NCBI GenBank assembly: GCA_038496445.1
Contig: JALMLS010000507.1
Span: 1 to 64,000, forward strand
Reading direction: 5' to 3'
Length of the DNA: 64,000 nt
From: Trichosphaerium sp. ATCC 40318
Taxonomy: Eukaryota; Protista; Tubulinea
Under the pieces are notes generated by a model that saw only the letters and a program-made list of their open reading frames with translations, did not search any database and was not told the DNA's origin. This document shows positions 31,844-46,801 of the stretch, piece after piece (within the stretch, counting starts at the first letter, position 1; every line of letters starts with the position of its first letter). A program made the position numbers and the translations under genes.

Positions 31844-34593
31844 ATGAGCAAAAAGTGTATCAATGACCTCATTATTGATAAAAACGCCTTAACGCTAACT
31901 GAAGTGCCAAATGAAGTGCTTGTTAACATTTTACGATACCTCGAAGAGTTACAAGATTTCAGTAACTTCAGAACCACTTGTCACGCGTAAGAATACCGAT
32001 TTTACTATCAAATAACATATTGGTAGTTATTTTGAAATTGGGGTGTCAAATGCTTTCCCTTTCTATCGCACACTATACGCACATAGATGGTTAATTGATA
32101 GTAAAGAGCTAGACGCTCATTTCCCAAAAGCATCTCCAAGGTACCCAAATTATTGGAAAAAAAAAACAGATAAACCTAAAAACACTCCAAAGCGACTGGT
32201 TTCAAAAATGCAAGGATAGAATTAAAGAAGAGAAAGAGCTAAAGAGTATAATGACTGTACGTATATTTACTCGACGCTTATACAGAAGATCATATTGTTA
32301 ACGCACGTGATGGTAATAGGAAGGGGATGTAAAAGTATTTTTTGAGGATGAACCTGAAGCAGAAAAGACAACACCCATACCTGTTGTCCAAAGTGATCGA
32401 CCTGTTGTTGGGATAAAGGAGATTATAGAAAACCACCCGCACATAGCTGATAGGATGGTTACAGTTATCATTGGAACAAAGAGCGAGCGTACTGCCATCT
32501 ATTTACTTGACAAGCTGGTAAACATGGATAAAGATGCTGTTGGTATTTGTACTGCGTTTATTCGTGTAATGCATGACTTTGGCTACACAGAAAATATGGT
32601 ACCTCAATGTATCTCACACCTGTTCTGACGTTTATTACTAAGCAAGATTTTACGGAAATTTCTACACTACAGAATTTACCTGAAAGAGCACGTGATACAG
32701 GACTTGTAGATATTGTTATTGATAAGCTGAAAGAACACCTTAATACTCCACCTGAACAACGTACAGATATTTGTCATTATGTAGCCATACTAGATGGCAT
32801 AGTGGCTAAAATAAATCGTAAGTTTACATTTCAATTTTTGAAAAACATTTGAATCACTCCATGCACAGGAAAGGACAATAGCGCTCTAGAATGGATACAG
32901 AAAAACTCAAATATCAGAGAAACCATTGGTAAATTGTTTATGGCGGACAGAGAGATTAGTGAAGACCAAAACTACATGAGTTTGCTTTGCTTGAATATTT
33001 TGACACTAGTTGACTTGACTAAAAGTCATGATATATTACGGTCAATCATAGATATTATTAACGACCCAAATGGTGCGACTAAAGAAACGAATCATTGAAT
33101 AAACTCAGGAACTATTAATTCAGATATTAGAACCTTCTTGGAATGGACAAGGTAGAATTGGTTATGCAATAAAAAAAATCACATTTACTATGCTTGACTA
33201 CAGAATTATCGACACTACAGATAGCCTGGCTCACTTGAAGCGCATTTCATTATCACTTGTACATTCGCTACTGAGACTACTTAAATCAGAGTATATGTTG
33301 GCATACAGAGAACCGATATTGACTTGCTTGGACACAGCATGCACTCAGAGTATGGAAATAGCTTCTACCTTTTTCTTAAAATTTTCTTATACTTATGTTG
33401 CTTGATAGTGGAAGTTTGTCGTATAGTTAATTCACAAAAAGGATGGGATTTAATTGTTCCTCTTTTATCAAGTAATAGCGAAGCTCGCTTCTATAATATC
33501 ACATGTAGTTTATTAACAAATGCTTCATACCATTCTGGTAAATGTGATCTCTATTGGTTGGAGGATGAACAATTAACAAAGATTGTATTTGACAGGATAC
33601 TCGAAATAGACTTATCAGTGAAAGAACATAAGCGTGTACATATCTTACTACTATGTATTGGAAGCTGTGCAGACTCTTACACTAATTTACGAACAAACCT
33701 TATTCAAGTACGTACTTGACATAAAAACTTGAAAAATTCTTAACTTTAATCCTTTGTTTAGCATGAAGCTTTGTTTACTTTCTTTGTTAATGGCGCTCTA
33801 TCTGGTACATAATATCAACTCTTTTTTGTGGCAAGTACTTCTAACACTATTAGGTGCAAGCTCCCAAGTGAGAATGTATTGTGCTTTCATCCTATCAGTC
33901 TTATCACTGAACAAAGAGTGTATGGTTTTTTTTTTAACTTATTTTGTATGTTACTAATACAAACTAGTTGGTGCAGCTATTGCTATACATCTACCTAAGA
34001 TGGTTGAAGTGCTTGAGAGTAATAACAAGATGATTGCATTCAACGTAGCACTAACAATCGCACATACATCGTCATCTCCAGATTGTAAAGGTACTTCATA
34101 CTTTACACCCTTTTTCTTCTTCCAAGGTATGTAACAACACCCCCTAGCTTACTTCACTGATGCACTTCTTTCTAAAATAAACGAATTTGCAAGAGAAGTC
34201 CATAACGCTACTGATAAAAGCGGTGAGTGCAATGCAGAATACTCACATGTATTTTTTGTGACAATCTAACTGGGTTTGTTAGTATATGTTGGTGAGGATG
34301 TGGCAAGCGCACATGACTTCTTGTGGCTCTCTGAAGTAAAATTTGAAGCTATTAAATTGTTTGGATTAGTGACAATGGAGAGTTTTGAACTACTATATGA
34401 TCCAGAGGGTTGGTTAAGTGTGTTACCACAGGCAAGTTTTTTTTGTTTTTATACAGAGGAAGTAATAATATTATTGTAAACTGACTCTTCGTAGTTGAAA
34501 CAATTCTTTGATACAGCTAACAACAGCAATGATATGTTTGTCAGAGATTTAGTTAACACAGTCCATAAGAGGCTTACTGTGTACAAAACATAG
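31844..34593 (+). CDS. F-box plus ARM/HEAT-like helical repeat protein (multi-exon)
   Basis: LTEVPNEVLVNILRYLEELQDFSNFRTTC F-box. Later exons give VCRIVNSQKGWDLIVPLLSS..YNITCSLLTNAS, QVRMYCAFILSVLS and MIAFNVALTIAH. Confidence 0.7.
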
Positions 34594-35202
34594 TACTAGG
34601 TCAAAACTTTGTAATCATAAACTGCTTTAAATAAAATTGTTATGGTTATTAGTCCGCTTTTTCTCCTGTCAAGCTGTAAATATAGAACTTTGAAAGGAAC
34701 CAAAAAAAGCCTTTTCAAGTACTTGTGGATCAGTCGCATAGAAAGCTAGTTCAGGAAAGGAAGATCCTTGTCAGAATCACACTGAAGGTATTCTTAACGG
34801 GTTTGCATTATAACAGAGGCAGTTTTTAGTGCAATGATAATAAAGATTACATAATAATTACGAAGGTGAGATTTAGTGTACCAGCGATTCTAAAGGACAG
34901 TTAACATAATTTTAAGAACTCACGACACCAAAAAAATTTCGGTAATGAGGCTCATAGCATGGTAGTTGTATGTCGAAAACCAATAGACGAAATTACAATT
35001 CATTCTTTTAGATCCACTGGATTCTTTGCAAGCTTTTATGAGAAGACATACCGTTTTATGTGAACTTTCAATAGGATAAAAAAAGAACAATCACAATGTG
35101 GGAAGATAACCTTTATTCTTTTCTGTCAACAGTTTACAAGTAATGCAAAAAAAGGTCCATCTTCACGTGCTGACAACTTTACAATAAAAACGTATTTCGA
35201 AC

Positions 35203-37637
35203 TTAGCTATTAATAGCATGTTCATTGTCTCCAATAAGACTTGTCTTCTCATTATAGCCAAAGTCTGAATCAAATTGCTTATCTTGTGGCTCATCAATGG
35301 TAAGAATAGCTTCTCTTTTTTGCCTCAAAGAGTCATAGTCTCTGTAGTACTCCCTTTAAACCAAACATTAACAAAACCAACAACTATTTAAAGCCTCAGC
35401 TAGTATCTTACCAGTACGTCATGAAAAGAGCACCAGCAATGCGCACAAGCTCAAATCCCAATACAGCAAGCTATAATGAACCAAGGTGAATAGATTATTA
35501 ACACGATAGTTTCAACAAAATACAAATCGCACCCAAATAAACCATATCTCTTTCACTTTTGTTGCAGCTACAGCAATGAGAGGAACATATACTGAAAAAG
35601 AAATCACCATAATGATACTTAAGTATCTGAAGTTCTGCATAGCAAAATTAAGGCCTTCATAAACTCCACCCTAGAAGGTACAATTTAATATACTGGTACA
35701 GAAAAAACAAAAAACAAAGTGGTGCCATCAAATGCAACTCTTCTGGATCCCTTTGTACTGTAATAGGTCTTTAATGTACCTGCATTCCTACGAGTGATAA
35801 AAACGCAAAGAGAAGCCAAGTATCATCAGTTAGAAACTTTGTAATGGCAGGAACTGATAAAAATTGAGCAGTTAGCCAATGTCGAGCAAGGTAGTAAACA
35901 AGCCACACAACAACACCCATGAATATACCTGCACCAGACACGGCAACTGTCAGGCGCCTGATCGTTTGTTATTTTAAGACATGTATGTTTTATATAGACA
36001 TACTTGAAGCGCTTATATTCTCCCATGGCAATGAGCTTTGTGCCAACAATGTTAGCAGCGCGACCAACAGAATCTAGTTTTTATCAATATTATCAATCAG
36101 CAAGGTATTAAAAAGGGTGTACCAGCGAAACTAGGTGCATAAAAATACAACACATTTAATACACTGAAGGCATCGTATTTAAGTTGACCTAATTGGTGTA
36201 AGAATACCTTACTAGTCAATGTTTGAATCAAAAAAAAATGAACGTGATTTTTTGGTTTTTTTTTGTATACGTCATTTTCAAATGTCCAAACATCTTACTC
36301 TTATCAATCCGGCTAGCAATCATTGAACTTATCATATAAGTTGACATGAGTAAACACCCACGACTAGAACAAAATGTTAAAGGAGCTACAGGTGCCTTTT
36401 TCAACAAGAAAAACTTCCAAATAACAATCGTCGGATGTACTTCTAAAGAACGTACAGAAACAGCCACATGTTCTCAATAGCAAAGTATTGAAATACTTTA
36501 CTAGAAAAAAGAGCTTTTATATCGTAAAGTTTATACAATACGATATTTTTCGGAGTGTAAGTAACCGCCATAATGATCAAAAATGAGACTTAGAAAAAAA
36601 TGAGAAAAACAAAAACATATTGCCAGGTACCAATATTGGACACTAAATATCCATAAGCAAGAGAATTTAACCCCCAGTCCGTAAAATACAGTAGCCCCAA
36701 GCTAAGTATTTAACGTTAATAGAGCATTGTTAGCTAAGGTACAAGGGAAGAAACATTAAAAACAGAAAGAAAAACGCTTTTTTCCTTCCTCTTTTTCTTT
36801 TGTTTCATTGAAAAAAAACCAGACAATACCTTACAATGAAGTCAATTGCAGCTGTAAACGTAGCAATAATAGCTACATATATAGGTTCATTTATACCATA
36901 CAATACACCTTGCATTATTGTGTTGATATTAAACACAACTGCTCCTACCGACATCCTCTTGAAGAACGATCGTGCAAGTGCTCTTGTTGCATCATTACTC
37001 CTGTACGCGTCATAGATGAATTCCTTCAAGGATCAAACGTTAGCGCTGACTATTATAAATAAAATGTACGCGCTTGTAGTATGTATATTAATGACACCAA
37101 GCAAGTACCCCAAACAAGACCGGTAATAACGCACAGATTAATGATTTTGCCAACTGTAGGATATTCGCCCTAAAGTTGGAATGAGATGGTGCTACTACGA
37201 TGAGATATGGCGGTAACGATTATAGCACGTTTAATTTACGTACAGCAGCGAATCTTATCCTGATTTGCGATAGAATACCACTTGCAACGAACATAACGAT
37301 GAAACTCGGTAAAACCACTATATAACATCATTACACAACCGTTAGCGCACTCATTCGCCGTTTTAGTGCGTTTTGGACGATAGTGTGAGTTTTTAGTACA
37401 ACCGAAATACCTGTGTTAGAGTTGGTCCCAAATGCTGCTAGAGCTTCTCTTGAATCACTAAGCACCGTTCCTAGATACCATTAACATTTTAATGGACATT
37501 TCTTGTTCTTGTTCACCAATCAGCTTTGTTTTGATAGTACTTGTTGTGATACTGAGTGCTCGTACATATACGAGTAAAATTGACAAGAGACCAAAGCGAA
37601 CAACATCAGAAGCCAAAGCATTCTTAAGCGCTGACAT
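35203..37637 (-). CDS. Multi-pass membrane protein of unknown function
   Basis: Spliced hydrophobic exons, e.g. SVGAVVFNINTIMQGVLYGINEPIYVAIIATFTAAIDFIV and YLSIIMVISFSVYVPLIAVAA, with a charged C-terminal tail. Confidence 0.6.
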
Positions 37638-37920
37638 GGCGCTTTTGAGGGTACAAAGTAGGCCGAGTTTTTAGATTAAGAAATGGTTAGACGAGTTTAA
37701 GGGCTAAAGTTGGATTCAAGTAAAAAGCATCCAAAAAGCATCGCTTTTGGCCATTTTAGTGTTGTTACGATGAACCCGTTGTGTGCGGAAAATTGATTAG
37801 AATTTACACCAACAAGTGAGGTACGTAAGGTCTTCTAATGGTGTGTAGTGCACAGTAAACATTTGGCTACGGTTATCAAGTTGTATTCGATCAAACTAAA
37901 AAAGGGTATGTTGATTTGGT

Positions 37921-38828
37921 TTATGCTGTTGTTTGAATCCTCTCGAGTTCCTCTAGAAGTTTATCATGTAGGTAGTTATCCAGCTGTACTAGTCCTTTTG
38001 GTGTGACAGTTCGATATATATCCATAGGCTTGTAGCTTCCTTTGACCATTTCCCCTTCGTTCAGTTGTACAATCCTAAAAGTAAAGCATTAGTATTCTTT
38101 TTGACATGTTTGCCTTACCCCAAAATGTCTTCAGCTGCAAGCCCCGCAGTCCTTATAGTACTTCCAGTGACTGTACGTAAGTCAGGTATATTCATCCAAC
38201 CTGTTTTAACCTCATTTGCTAACCCTTGTATCCCTGGAGCATCATAAACATGTTCAGAGAGAACTTTTTGTAAAGTTGTCAAGAATTTCTTGTTTTCTAA
38301 AAAATTTGTTGGTTCTATTTGATACACAGTCTGACTTCTATTCAATGGAGGTTCTCTAGCACAATCATAAACGCGTTGCAAAGAGCAAAGTTAGCGCACT
38401 TTTTAATCCACCCGAGAAACACAGCATCATTTAACTGCTTTTCTTCAGGTTTGTCAATAAAAGATAGTGTATACTCTGGCTTGACTTGCTCATCATAAAC
38501 AGGTACTTTGTTATCGTTTTCATCCACTTTTACAAGCCTTGCACCGTTTTCTACGTCTTCCTACGAATAGTCACGTGTTTGGAGCTTATTGTGTACAAAT
38601 GTTGTAAACTTGTTTACAAGCACTGCTGGCGCACTAAAAAAGCAAATACATGCTGTTAGTGGACGTACGTCTAAAAGTATGGACTCAGTACAATAGCTGC
38701 GTTGTTTTTGTCCTATTATCTTTGCATTGGCGCGAAAAGCCTTTTTTGGCGCCTACAGCAGTTATTTTACGCATTACGCACAAACTTACGCGGTGTATCA
38801 CAGAACGAGCTTTAACTAGTCTAAACAT
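37921..38828 (-). CDS. Conserved uncharacterised, probably mitochondrial protein similar to a fungal family
   Basis: MFRLVKARSVIHR presequence-like start; FLENKKFLTTLQKVLSEH..GWMNIPDLR..EDILG|IVQLNEGEMVKGSYKPMDIYRTVTPKGLVQL. Confidence 0.7.
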
Positions 38829-38947
38829 ATCACAAGTAAACGAGAACGTGCTGGCGCGGTGTTTACGCCTTTTTCAATTCTCCTCGTTTACCCATTGCGA
38901 CTAAATGCCATTTTGCTTCTTTTTATTCCTTCTTATGCGCTAATACC

Positions 38948-39469
38948 ATGGCGGGAGACAAAGAAGCCTTCTCTACGGTAGAATATAAGCATTGTATTGT
39001 TACTAATTTATTAACAGGAGATACCAATGTTTAGAGTACGCGCGCAATACATTGAAAATGTCAGAACAACAGAAGAGTACGTTAAAATAATTTTAATATC
39101 AAATAACTTTGATTAGGGAAGAACTCCTACGTAGTGTACCTAAAACGGGCTTTGGTACAGTTGCTGCACCAGAGGATGACATTGATCACATGTTTCCTGC
39201 TTGTGGCATGTACGTACACTACGGCGTTATAATAATAACTAACTGATACACTAGGTTTCTAACAGGGTTCTTTTGTATATTTCCATGGATGATTGGCACA
39301 CTGTACATCAAGTCAGGTTCGCTAAATCAAGGCAATTGTTCGTGTTCTCACATTTCGTTATACAGACAATCTAGTGGCCAAAACAGCGGGCATACTCAGC
39401 GGTGTTCTACTAGCAATATCGGTAGTTGTACTGGGCATCTGGTTTTTGTTGTGGGAGCACGAGTTTTAG
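38948..39469 (+). CDS. Small two-TM membrane protein
   Basis: Exons give ..ACGMFLTGFFCIFPWMIGTLYIKS|DNLVAKTAGILSGVLLAISVVVLGIWFLLWEHEF*. Confidence 0.6.
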
Positions 39470-39730
39470 CTAGAGCATCGAATAGAATTCTAAGCTATGT
39501 TGTAAATAAAAGTAATTGTACGAGTTAACAGTCGCCGTTAACGGCAAGCACAAATACTGAAATTGGCACCTAAAACGCCGACGCAATGGTGTTGATGAGT
39601 ATGCCACTTCTAGAGGTTTTCTCATAGTGTGACGTTGTAAGAAGCCATTTCAACGAACGTAAAACTTAAGATTTTTCAACAAACAGCTTAAGTTTAGAGC
39701 AAAACACACAAACAAAAACAGTTTAACACC

Positions 39731-40318
39731 ATGTATCAAGATTGGAAAGAAGTTAAAATTACTGGTAGAGGCGGTAGAGGAAGAGGACGAGGCAGAGGCC
39801 GAGGCGGAGTGAGCTCAAGAGGTGGCAGTGGTGGCGGTCGCAATATACCGGGCTCTAAGCGTTGTGCGTCAAACTTTTACCGTTGAAATGCAATAGTTCT
39901 ATCTAGCTCATTGTATTATATAGATGGTGGCGCAAACCAAACAGGAAACAACTACCGTGGAAACGTACGCAGAATGGAGGATGAAGAAGGTGAAGAATCA
40001 ATGCGCCGTACGATACTTTGATAGCCTCCATTGTAATCTACAAGTGCTTACGCTCACTAAATTTTAGACCAAAGAGTCCCAGCCAGTATCGCAAGGAAAA
40101 TTCGTTCTAATCGCTCCACAAAGGGCTGGTCGCAAAAAGAGCTTGCAACAGTACGTTAAAGTGACTAAGTTTATCAACCAACTGCCACCGACTAAAACAC
40201 GCTCTAGCGCCTAAAACAGAACATGCGAGTGGTACAAGATTGGGAATCTGGTAAAGCTATGTTTAATAAGCGAATGTTGGCCAATTTCGAGCGAGCACTG
40301 GGAACAAAATTGCGCTAA
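39731..40318 (+). CDS. MBF1: Multiprotein bridging factor 1 (MBF1/EDF1), HTH protein with an RGG-rich insertion
   Basis: MYQDWKEVKI..RRMEDEE..IARKIRSNRSTKGWSQKELAT|RLKQNMRVVQDWESGKA..LANFERALGTKLR. Confidence 0.88.
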
Positions 40319-40616
40319 TAACGCCAGAGGATAGCGCATTTTCGCGCTTGTATTATTGTTGTTCCCTACGCGTTAATTCGCTGGCCTCATTGTACAAAAT
40401 AAAAGCCGTATTACTGCTGTACCTTTTGTATCGTATTTTTCATCGTAACGGCATGTTACGAGAATGTAGTAACTTTACGTGCTAATATAAAGCGCGTACA
40501 AATGTCTTTTCGGCCACAATGACATCTGAAGAATTGGTGGAAATTTGAGTAAAAATTTGCATACAATTTCTGCAGTTAGGATATTTATTACACGGCTCAG
40601 CTAGCTGTCGCACAAC

Positions 40617-43600
40617 ATGGAAGTTGAGCCTACCGGAGATGTTGTAGTTGATCCTATGGACGTTGACGAACCTGTTTCTAACGAGGTTAACGAAAAAGCC
40701 CGTGCGCAGGCTCTCGTTCAAGAACGTCTCAAGAAGTATGTGTTCCCAGAGTATCTACACAAAATACATCACTCTAACCCCCTAAAACAGATATTTTGTT
40801 CAGCTAACTCAAGGGTGCCAGAACAAAGGCTGTGTCTATTCATTCTGTGCAAGCAACCCTGGTGAGTGTCGTAATGAAGTCAGCTCCACGGATCCTCAAG
40901 ACTGAGTTTTATTTAGCCCTCACACCTCTTGGTCGCTCACAAGCAGCGGGAATCGCTCTAAGATTAGCAACGCTTCGTTCTGAGCATTTTTGCGTGGCGA
41001 ATTCACCAAATTCCACCTTGGGTAGTCACTTTACTAATATATACACCACAACTGACAATCTTAACAGAACCACCGTTTTTAAACCTCGAAAAATTAAAAA
41101 ACATGGTCCAACAATCTAAAACTCCCGGTGGCGACCAAAGACAGATATTACGTTTCGTTGGCCAAGTATTTGGTGTGTCAGAGAATACTAATTTGTGTTT
41201 TTTGAAGGTACGTTTATACCTTCGCTATCACCTCATAAATCATCCTCCCTTTATCACGTCAATCAATGCAGAAATATTAAATGTTCAGAAAAAATAAGTT
41301 TTTCGATTATTTCTTTTTTTAATCATTCGCCCGGACACCTCGTTCTTACCCTGGTTTTTTTAGCAACCAACTCAAATTCAAATTGGTAGTAATAATCGTG
41401 AGTATGGAGTAGATACAGGCCTTGATTTTGATCAAGTGAAGGCTGCGTATGATATTATACAATCCTTGGTACGTATACCTATAGTAAATTCTAAGAGTAA
41501 ACTATTTTCTACGCTACTTGAGATGAAACGGAATCAGACAAGGCGTATTGTTTACTCTTAGCTTTTTTCTATTTTTGAATTGGACAGTCATATACTTACT
41601 TGTCTTGAATAGTCCGATGGAGTTAAAAACTCTCTTCGTTATGCTTTCTCAAGATTACTAAATGATCTTCGTTTACCTGTGAATTACAACCAACTTGTTC
41701 GTAAAATAGAAGACTTACGCCAATTACAATTGATTTGGGAGGTATGTTTATTTTTTTTTTGGTTTATTTTCAGACAAATTTCTTTTGCTCATTTCAAGCT
41801 TTTGTACAATTTTAAGTGACTTTCATTGTTACTTCTTGTCGTTCTACAATGTGTCTACTATAGCTTCCAGCGTTAATTTAATTTTTTCGTGCAGTACCCT
41901 TACTTGGAAGATACCCACAAGGAAATTTATGGTCCTTTACTTTATTGTACAGGAAATCTACCTGAATGGGGAAGAAAGGTGTTTATGCATCGTTGGGAAG
42001 CGTACGTGGTTACAGTTTTAAATCGTTCGTGGTGTCCTTATGTTAGCCCGTAAATTACACGTGGACGTCAGTAATGATAAAGAAAAACAAATTTTGAAAA
42101 AAACCAATAATCTTTTGTTGAAATTTTCGTTTAAACTTGTATGTAAATCTTTCGTTGGAGTTTTGGGCTTTTACACTTGTGTTTTATTGATTTTGTTTTA
42201 GGCAAGGGAAGGAAGCATTTGAGAAGCTTCTAGGTAGTATACATAACTTTATAACACTACGTGTTGAGACTGCTGGTGATAGTATGATTGTAAACCGTGA
42301 TGCTTTTGTTACAAAATCTGTCCAAATATTAGATATGCTATTTACAATTAATATGAAGAAACAATGGGTACATCGTGATGCATTCTATAATAATGTTTTA
42401 TCTTCGAGTATTGATATGAAAGATGAGTATACCGCATGGAAGAGGCCAAGTCCTGGAACGTACGTTGTTCTTACCTCTATACTTTTCTTTCGATATTTTT
42501 TTTATTTTTCTTTGAAGAATTTTGTTTCTTGTTTGCTTAACGTGTTATGTACTCCTTTGTGCTTTGATGCTTTTTTGCGTATTTTTATGTGCTTGTTTAT
42601 ATGCTTATGATGTCAATCAAGGTTCTCATTCTGCTCTTGCCCTTTTGTTTTGACACCGGAGGTAAAGGCTAAGATTCTTCGTGTTGAAAGTATGATTCAA
42701 CAACGTCGTGAACGCCAACATTCGTTACGTATGATGCAGATGGGTGTCGTTTCTCAACCTTTCTTGGTTCTCCGTGTTCACCGTGGTACACCACATCTCA
42801 TTAGATCATCTTTAGATGAGGTAAGACATAACAAGTCTAAGGATGAAGCCAAACTTTGTTTTCTTTTTTTGTTTATCATGTGGTTATTGACGCTTTTTGT
42901 AGATTGATAGACACTCCATTTCAGACTTAAAGAAGGTATTTAATAAGGTTGCATACGTTGTTGTCTGACTTTTGTTTTAGGAGCTCAGAATTAAATTTGT
43001 TGGTGAACCTGGTGTTGATGAAGGTGGTGTTCAAAAAGAATGGTTCCAGCTTTTGATTGCACAAATATTTGATCCACGTTTTGGTATGTTTTTAGAGAAG
43101 GACGAGACTAGGTTGCATTGGTTTGCAGCTGGTTGTGAAGAATATAATGATTATCGTCTCATGGGTGTTCTTATTGGTCTTGCCATTTATAATGGGGTAC
43201 TTTAGAAGACTCATAAATGTTTTTATTCATGTTGTTCTTTTTAGGTTCATCTTCACCTCAATTTTCCTAGACTGTTGTATAAGAAGCTACTTGGTATGGA
43301 TACGTCAATAGAAGACTTGAAAGAGTTGGATCCTGTACGATATAACCGGCATACTGCCTTTTGGTGGTTTTTTTTCGCTTTTTTTATTTTATTTTTTAGT
43401 TCGCGTTTTTAATCGTTTAAACGTTGTTGTGACGTCTTTTTAGATCATGTACAAAAGTTTTAAACAGTTATTGGCTTTTGAGGGAGACGTTGAAGAAACA
43501 TTCGACTTGACTTTTCAGTTGAGCTACAAGAACGAGTATGATATGACTATGACCCATGATTTACTACCTGATGGTTCAGAGGAACTTGTTACATCTGATA

Positions 43601-44596
43601 ATAGAGAAGGTACGATTTATTCAAAGTCAAGAGTTGCTAACTTCCAGTTTCTTTGATTTCGCTTTTTTTGGTAAAAGAGTTTTTAACGTTTTTACGGGGA
43701 GCTTACTGTGTTTTTTTTAAAGTTTATGTCAAGCTATACTTGGAGTATTTGTTCGATATATCTATTAAGAAGCAATGGGAAGCATTCTACAAGGGATTTA
43801 GTAATGTTGTAGAAAGTGAGGCGATGCAGGTAATGATCAAATTTAACCCGAAAAATTTTGGTTTTTTTTCTTTTTATCGCTTTTTTTTGGATCGATGCAC
43901 GTTTTATCACTTTGGGTGGTTGTTCTTACGTTTTTCTTGTAGTTATTCACTCCAACTGAATTAGAATTGTTGGTATGTGGTAGTTCTGAGCTTAATTTCA
44001 AAGCACTCGAGAGAGGAACTCATTATGATGGTGAGTAATATTTTTTTTTGGTTTTTTGTTTTTTCAAACTATCTTTTTTTGTAAGATTGAAAGAACTTTT
44101 ATTTCTCCGTTTTGTGATTTTTGTTTTAGGGTATAAAGCTGATGATGATACTGTAAAGATATTCTGGGAGGTTGTACATAGCTTTGATATAGGTATAGAT
44201 AAAAGATAATTGACTTTTTTGTATATTCTCCTAATCGTTTTTTTTTTTTTCAGGTCAACAAAAAAACTTTCTATTCTTTGCTACTGGTTCAGATAGAAGC
44301 CCAATTGGTGGTCTAGATAAATTAAATCTTGTTATTACAAAGAATGGAGAGGATTCAGAGAGGTAAGGATGAGTTCTAACGAACTCTCATTTGATAACGT
44401 TTTTTTTCGCCTTCTTTTGAATTTTCGGTAAACGTTTGTTACCTAAACCTCCTTGTTTCTTATTTTTCTTTGTAGATTACCATCATCTCATACGTGCTTT
44501 AATCATCTTTTACTTCCTGATTATAAAAACAAAGAAAAACTAGCGACAAAGTTGGGGAAGGCTATAAACAATTGCAAGGGCTTTGGTTTACTCTAA
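40617..44596 (+). CDS. UBE3A: UBE3A/E6AP-like HECT E3 ubiquitin ligase with N-terminal AZUL zinc finger
   Basis: [23 protein letters not shown] (AZUL); [72 protein letters not shown]. Confidence 0.9.
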
Positions 44597-45193
44597 AAAA
44601 AACCAAGTTGAACCGTGAGAAAGTTTTAAACCGTTTTTTTCGAAAAAAGAAGAAGTTTGGTTTTTGATGAAAGAAGAATGAAAAAAAAAAGAAAGTTGGT
44701 TGTTTTATATCAACGACAACTGATTTGTAAATAAATAACGGGCTATTCACCATTTTTGTTTTGTTGTTTGTTTTGTTGTTTGTTTTCGGTTCGTTTATGA
44801 CTGTTTGGGACTGTGTGCGTATTCATTCCTAAACTGTTGATATGAAGGGTTTTATTGTTGTATTAGAATATCTAGAAGACGTTTTAGTTACTAGGTAGCG
44901 CACGTACTCTTTAGTTCTGGGAGTCATCTCCGTTACGTGCATGATTAGCTTGTGGTATATCTTTGTGTGGTTTTTGTGCGTACAGCGGAGATCACAAATT
45001 CCGATTGGCTTTTAGGCGAATAACTGAGGTTTTATACTTGTTACTCATTTGCCAGCGTAGTGGGTATTGTATTTTGTAATTCAGAGCCGAAATGCAGACA
45101 AATGTCACGTCAACTTTTTTGTTTTTGATCGTTTTGTTGCAACGCGTTTAGTACGCAATATAAACGCCGTTGCGTGATTTTTTTTTTTCCACA

Positions 45194-46079
45194 ATGTATA
45201 GCATCATTACCTGTATTTGGCGTAAGGACCGAAAACCTACGTGATACGCTATTTCTGACTTCGACAAAAACTTATCCCGTTGTATAGGTTAACGCGCGTA
45301 ATCTTTATTAGTCGAAGTATGAAACTTAAGGATCTCTTCTTGAAAAACTAAATGACACTTTCTAAATTTATAATGTCACATCATCATGTTTGTAGTATAA
45401 TCTTTCAAATACTATCGATACAACACCTTATAAGGAATCACTAATACACCATGACATTGTATAAGAAACAAGCATCTATTGTACACTTCAAACTGGACTC
45501 TAGTGTAAGCTAAGGCCTTATTGATCAAAAAAAGTTAACGTGTTTTCTCTTAGATTACAAGAGAAGCTTCTAGCCTATCTACGCTTTATACAGTTCCTAT
45601 GGTTTCAGTTTGGCATGGTAAAGACAGAAAATTAAGTACGTGTGCAAAGTAGTGTGTTGATGTTTATCATTTCCTTCTTTTTTGTTTTTCGGTTAAACGA
45701 TGTATGTTCGTTTTTTTTCTTTACCAATTTCTCCGTTTTGCTTTTTATGGGAAATGCTGTCGTTAATTTCAAACAAGCGTGCTTCTAACATGTACTTGTA
45801 GATCTAGTTGTTCACCTAGATGAGTTTATTGATATCTATAAACTGCTTAAAAAAGGAGTACCACAGTTACAGAAAATGCCTCTGCAAAAAAAAATAATAC
45901 GTCAATCAAACAAATATGGTGGTAAAGTCATTCACGTGCCTTTGAAAACATTACCTTTAAAGTCTCGAGGAGTAACGAGAAGAAGAAATTCTTTGGTTCT
46001 AGAAAGGAGCCGAAACAAAAATAACATAAGAAATCATATACCATTAGAAAGAATGAACTTACAGTTCATTTTACACTAA
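45194..46079 (+). CDS. Hypothetical protein; 5' exons unresolved
   Basis: Last exon LVVHLDEFIDIYKLLKKGVPQL..ERMNLQFILH* follows a canonical acceptor. The upstream exon chain is uncertain. Confidence 0.35.
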
Positions 46080-46801
46080 TAACTGGAGATGTCTCAAAAA
46101 AAAAAAACCGAACAACACGAAATGCTCAAGTAGCGAAAAACTGTTTTGTATTATATTGTATATCACTGTACGCTTTACCTACAACCTGTAAAAACCTGTT
46201 TCTATATTAAAATTAAATTCCACCTTGCTCTACAAATAAAGAAAATACCTCAAAACGATATGCTACGCAGTATGATACCTATTGTGTAACAAAATACACA
46301 ATTCACAGGTAATTTGATATCAATCGCAGTTTAAACAATTCGACTTGCGTACACGCGCTAGCTAAATGGTTCAAGAAGCGTGTGTACGCCAATACGTTTG
46401 TATACAAGTTGTTTCAGATAACTTTAGATCCGAAGATAGCTGGTAAGTAAACTCCTTACGCAAACTAAGCCTCTAAGTGTGTTGGCGCAAACACTAATAT
46501 TGAACGTTGATCTCGTGTCTTTTTCGGCGTTTATTTGTTTTTGGAATCCTTGCATTGTTCGAAATGTTACTGAAGCTGGTAGAATCTATACGTATATAAC
46601 ACAATGACAAATGAGCGCATTCAGAGGACATTTTGAAAAGCAGAAAATGAAATGGACATCAACCCATAATTGGCTGTGGTCACAATAGCGAAGCAATGCT
46701 GGAATTTGATGGATAATCACTTGCTAATTCGAGTTTGGTCGCTAAGGGTGGAATTTTGACGCAGAAATTTTTTTCACTCAACTTTTCCAAACCAAGCCAC
46801 A

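Noticed and set aside
44940-45030. Possible box C/D snoRNA (ATGATTA...CTGA)
   Set aside because: Imperfect C box, and I could identify no terminal stem or rRNA-antisense guide.
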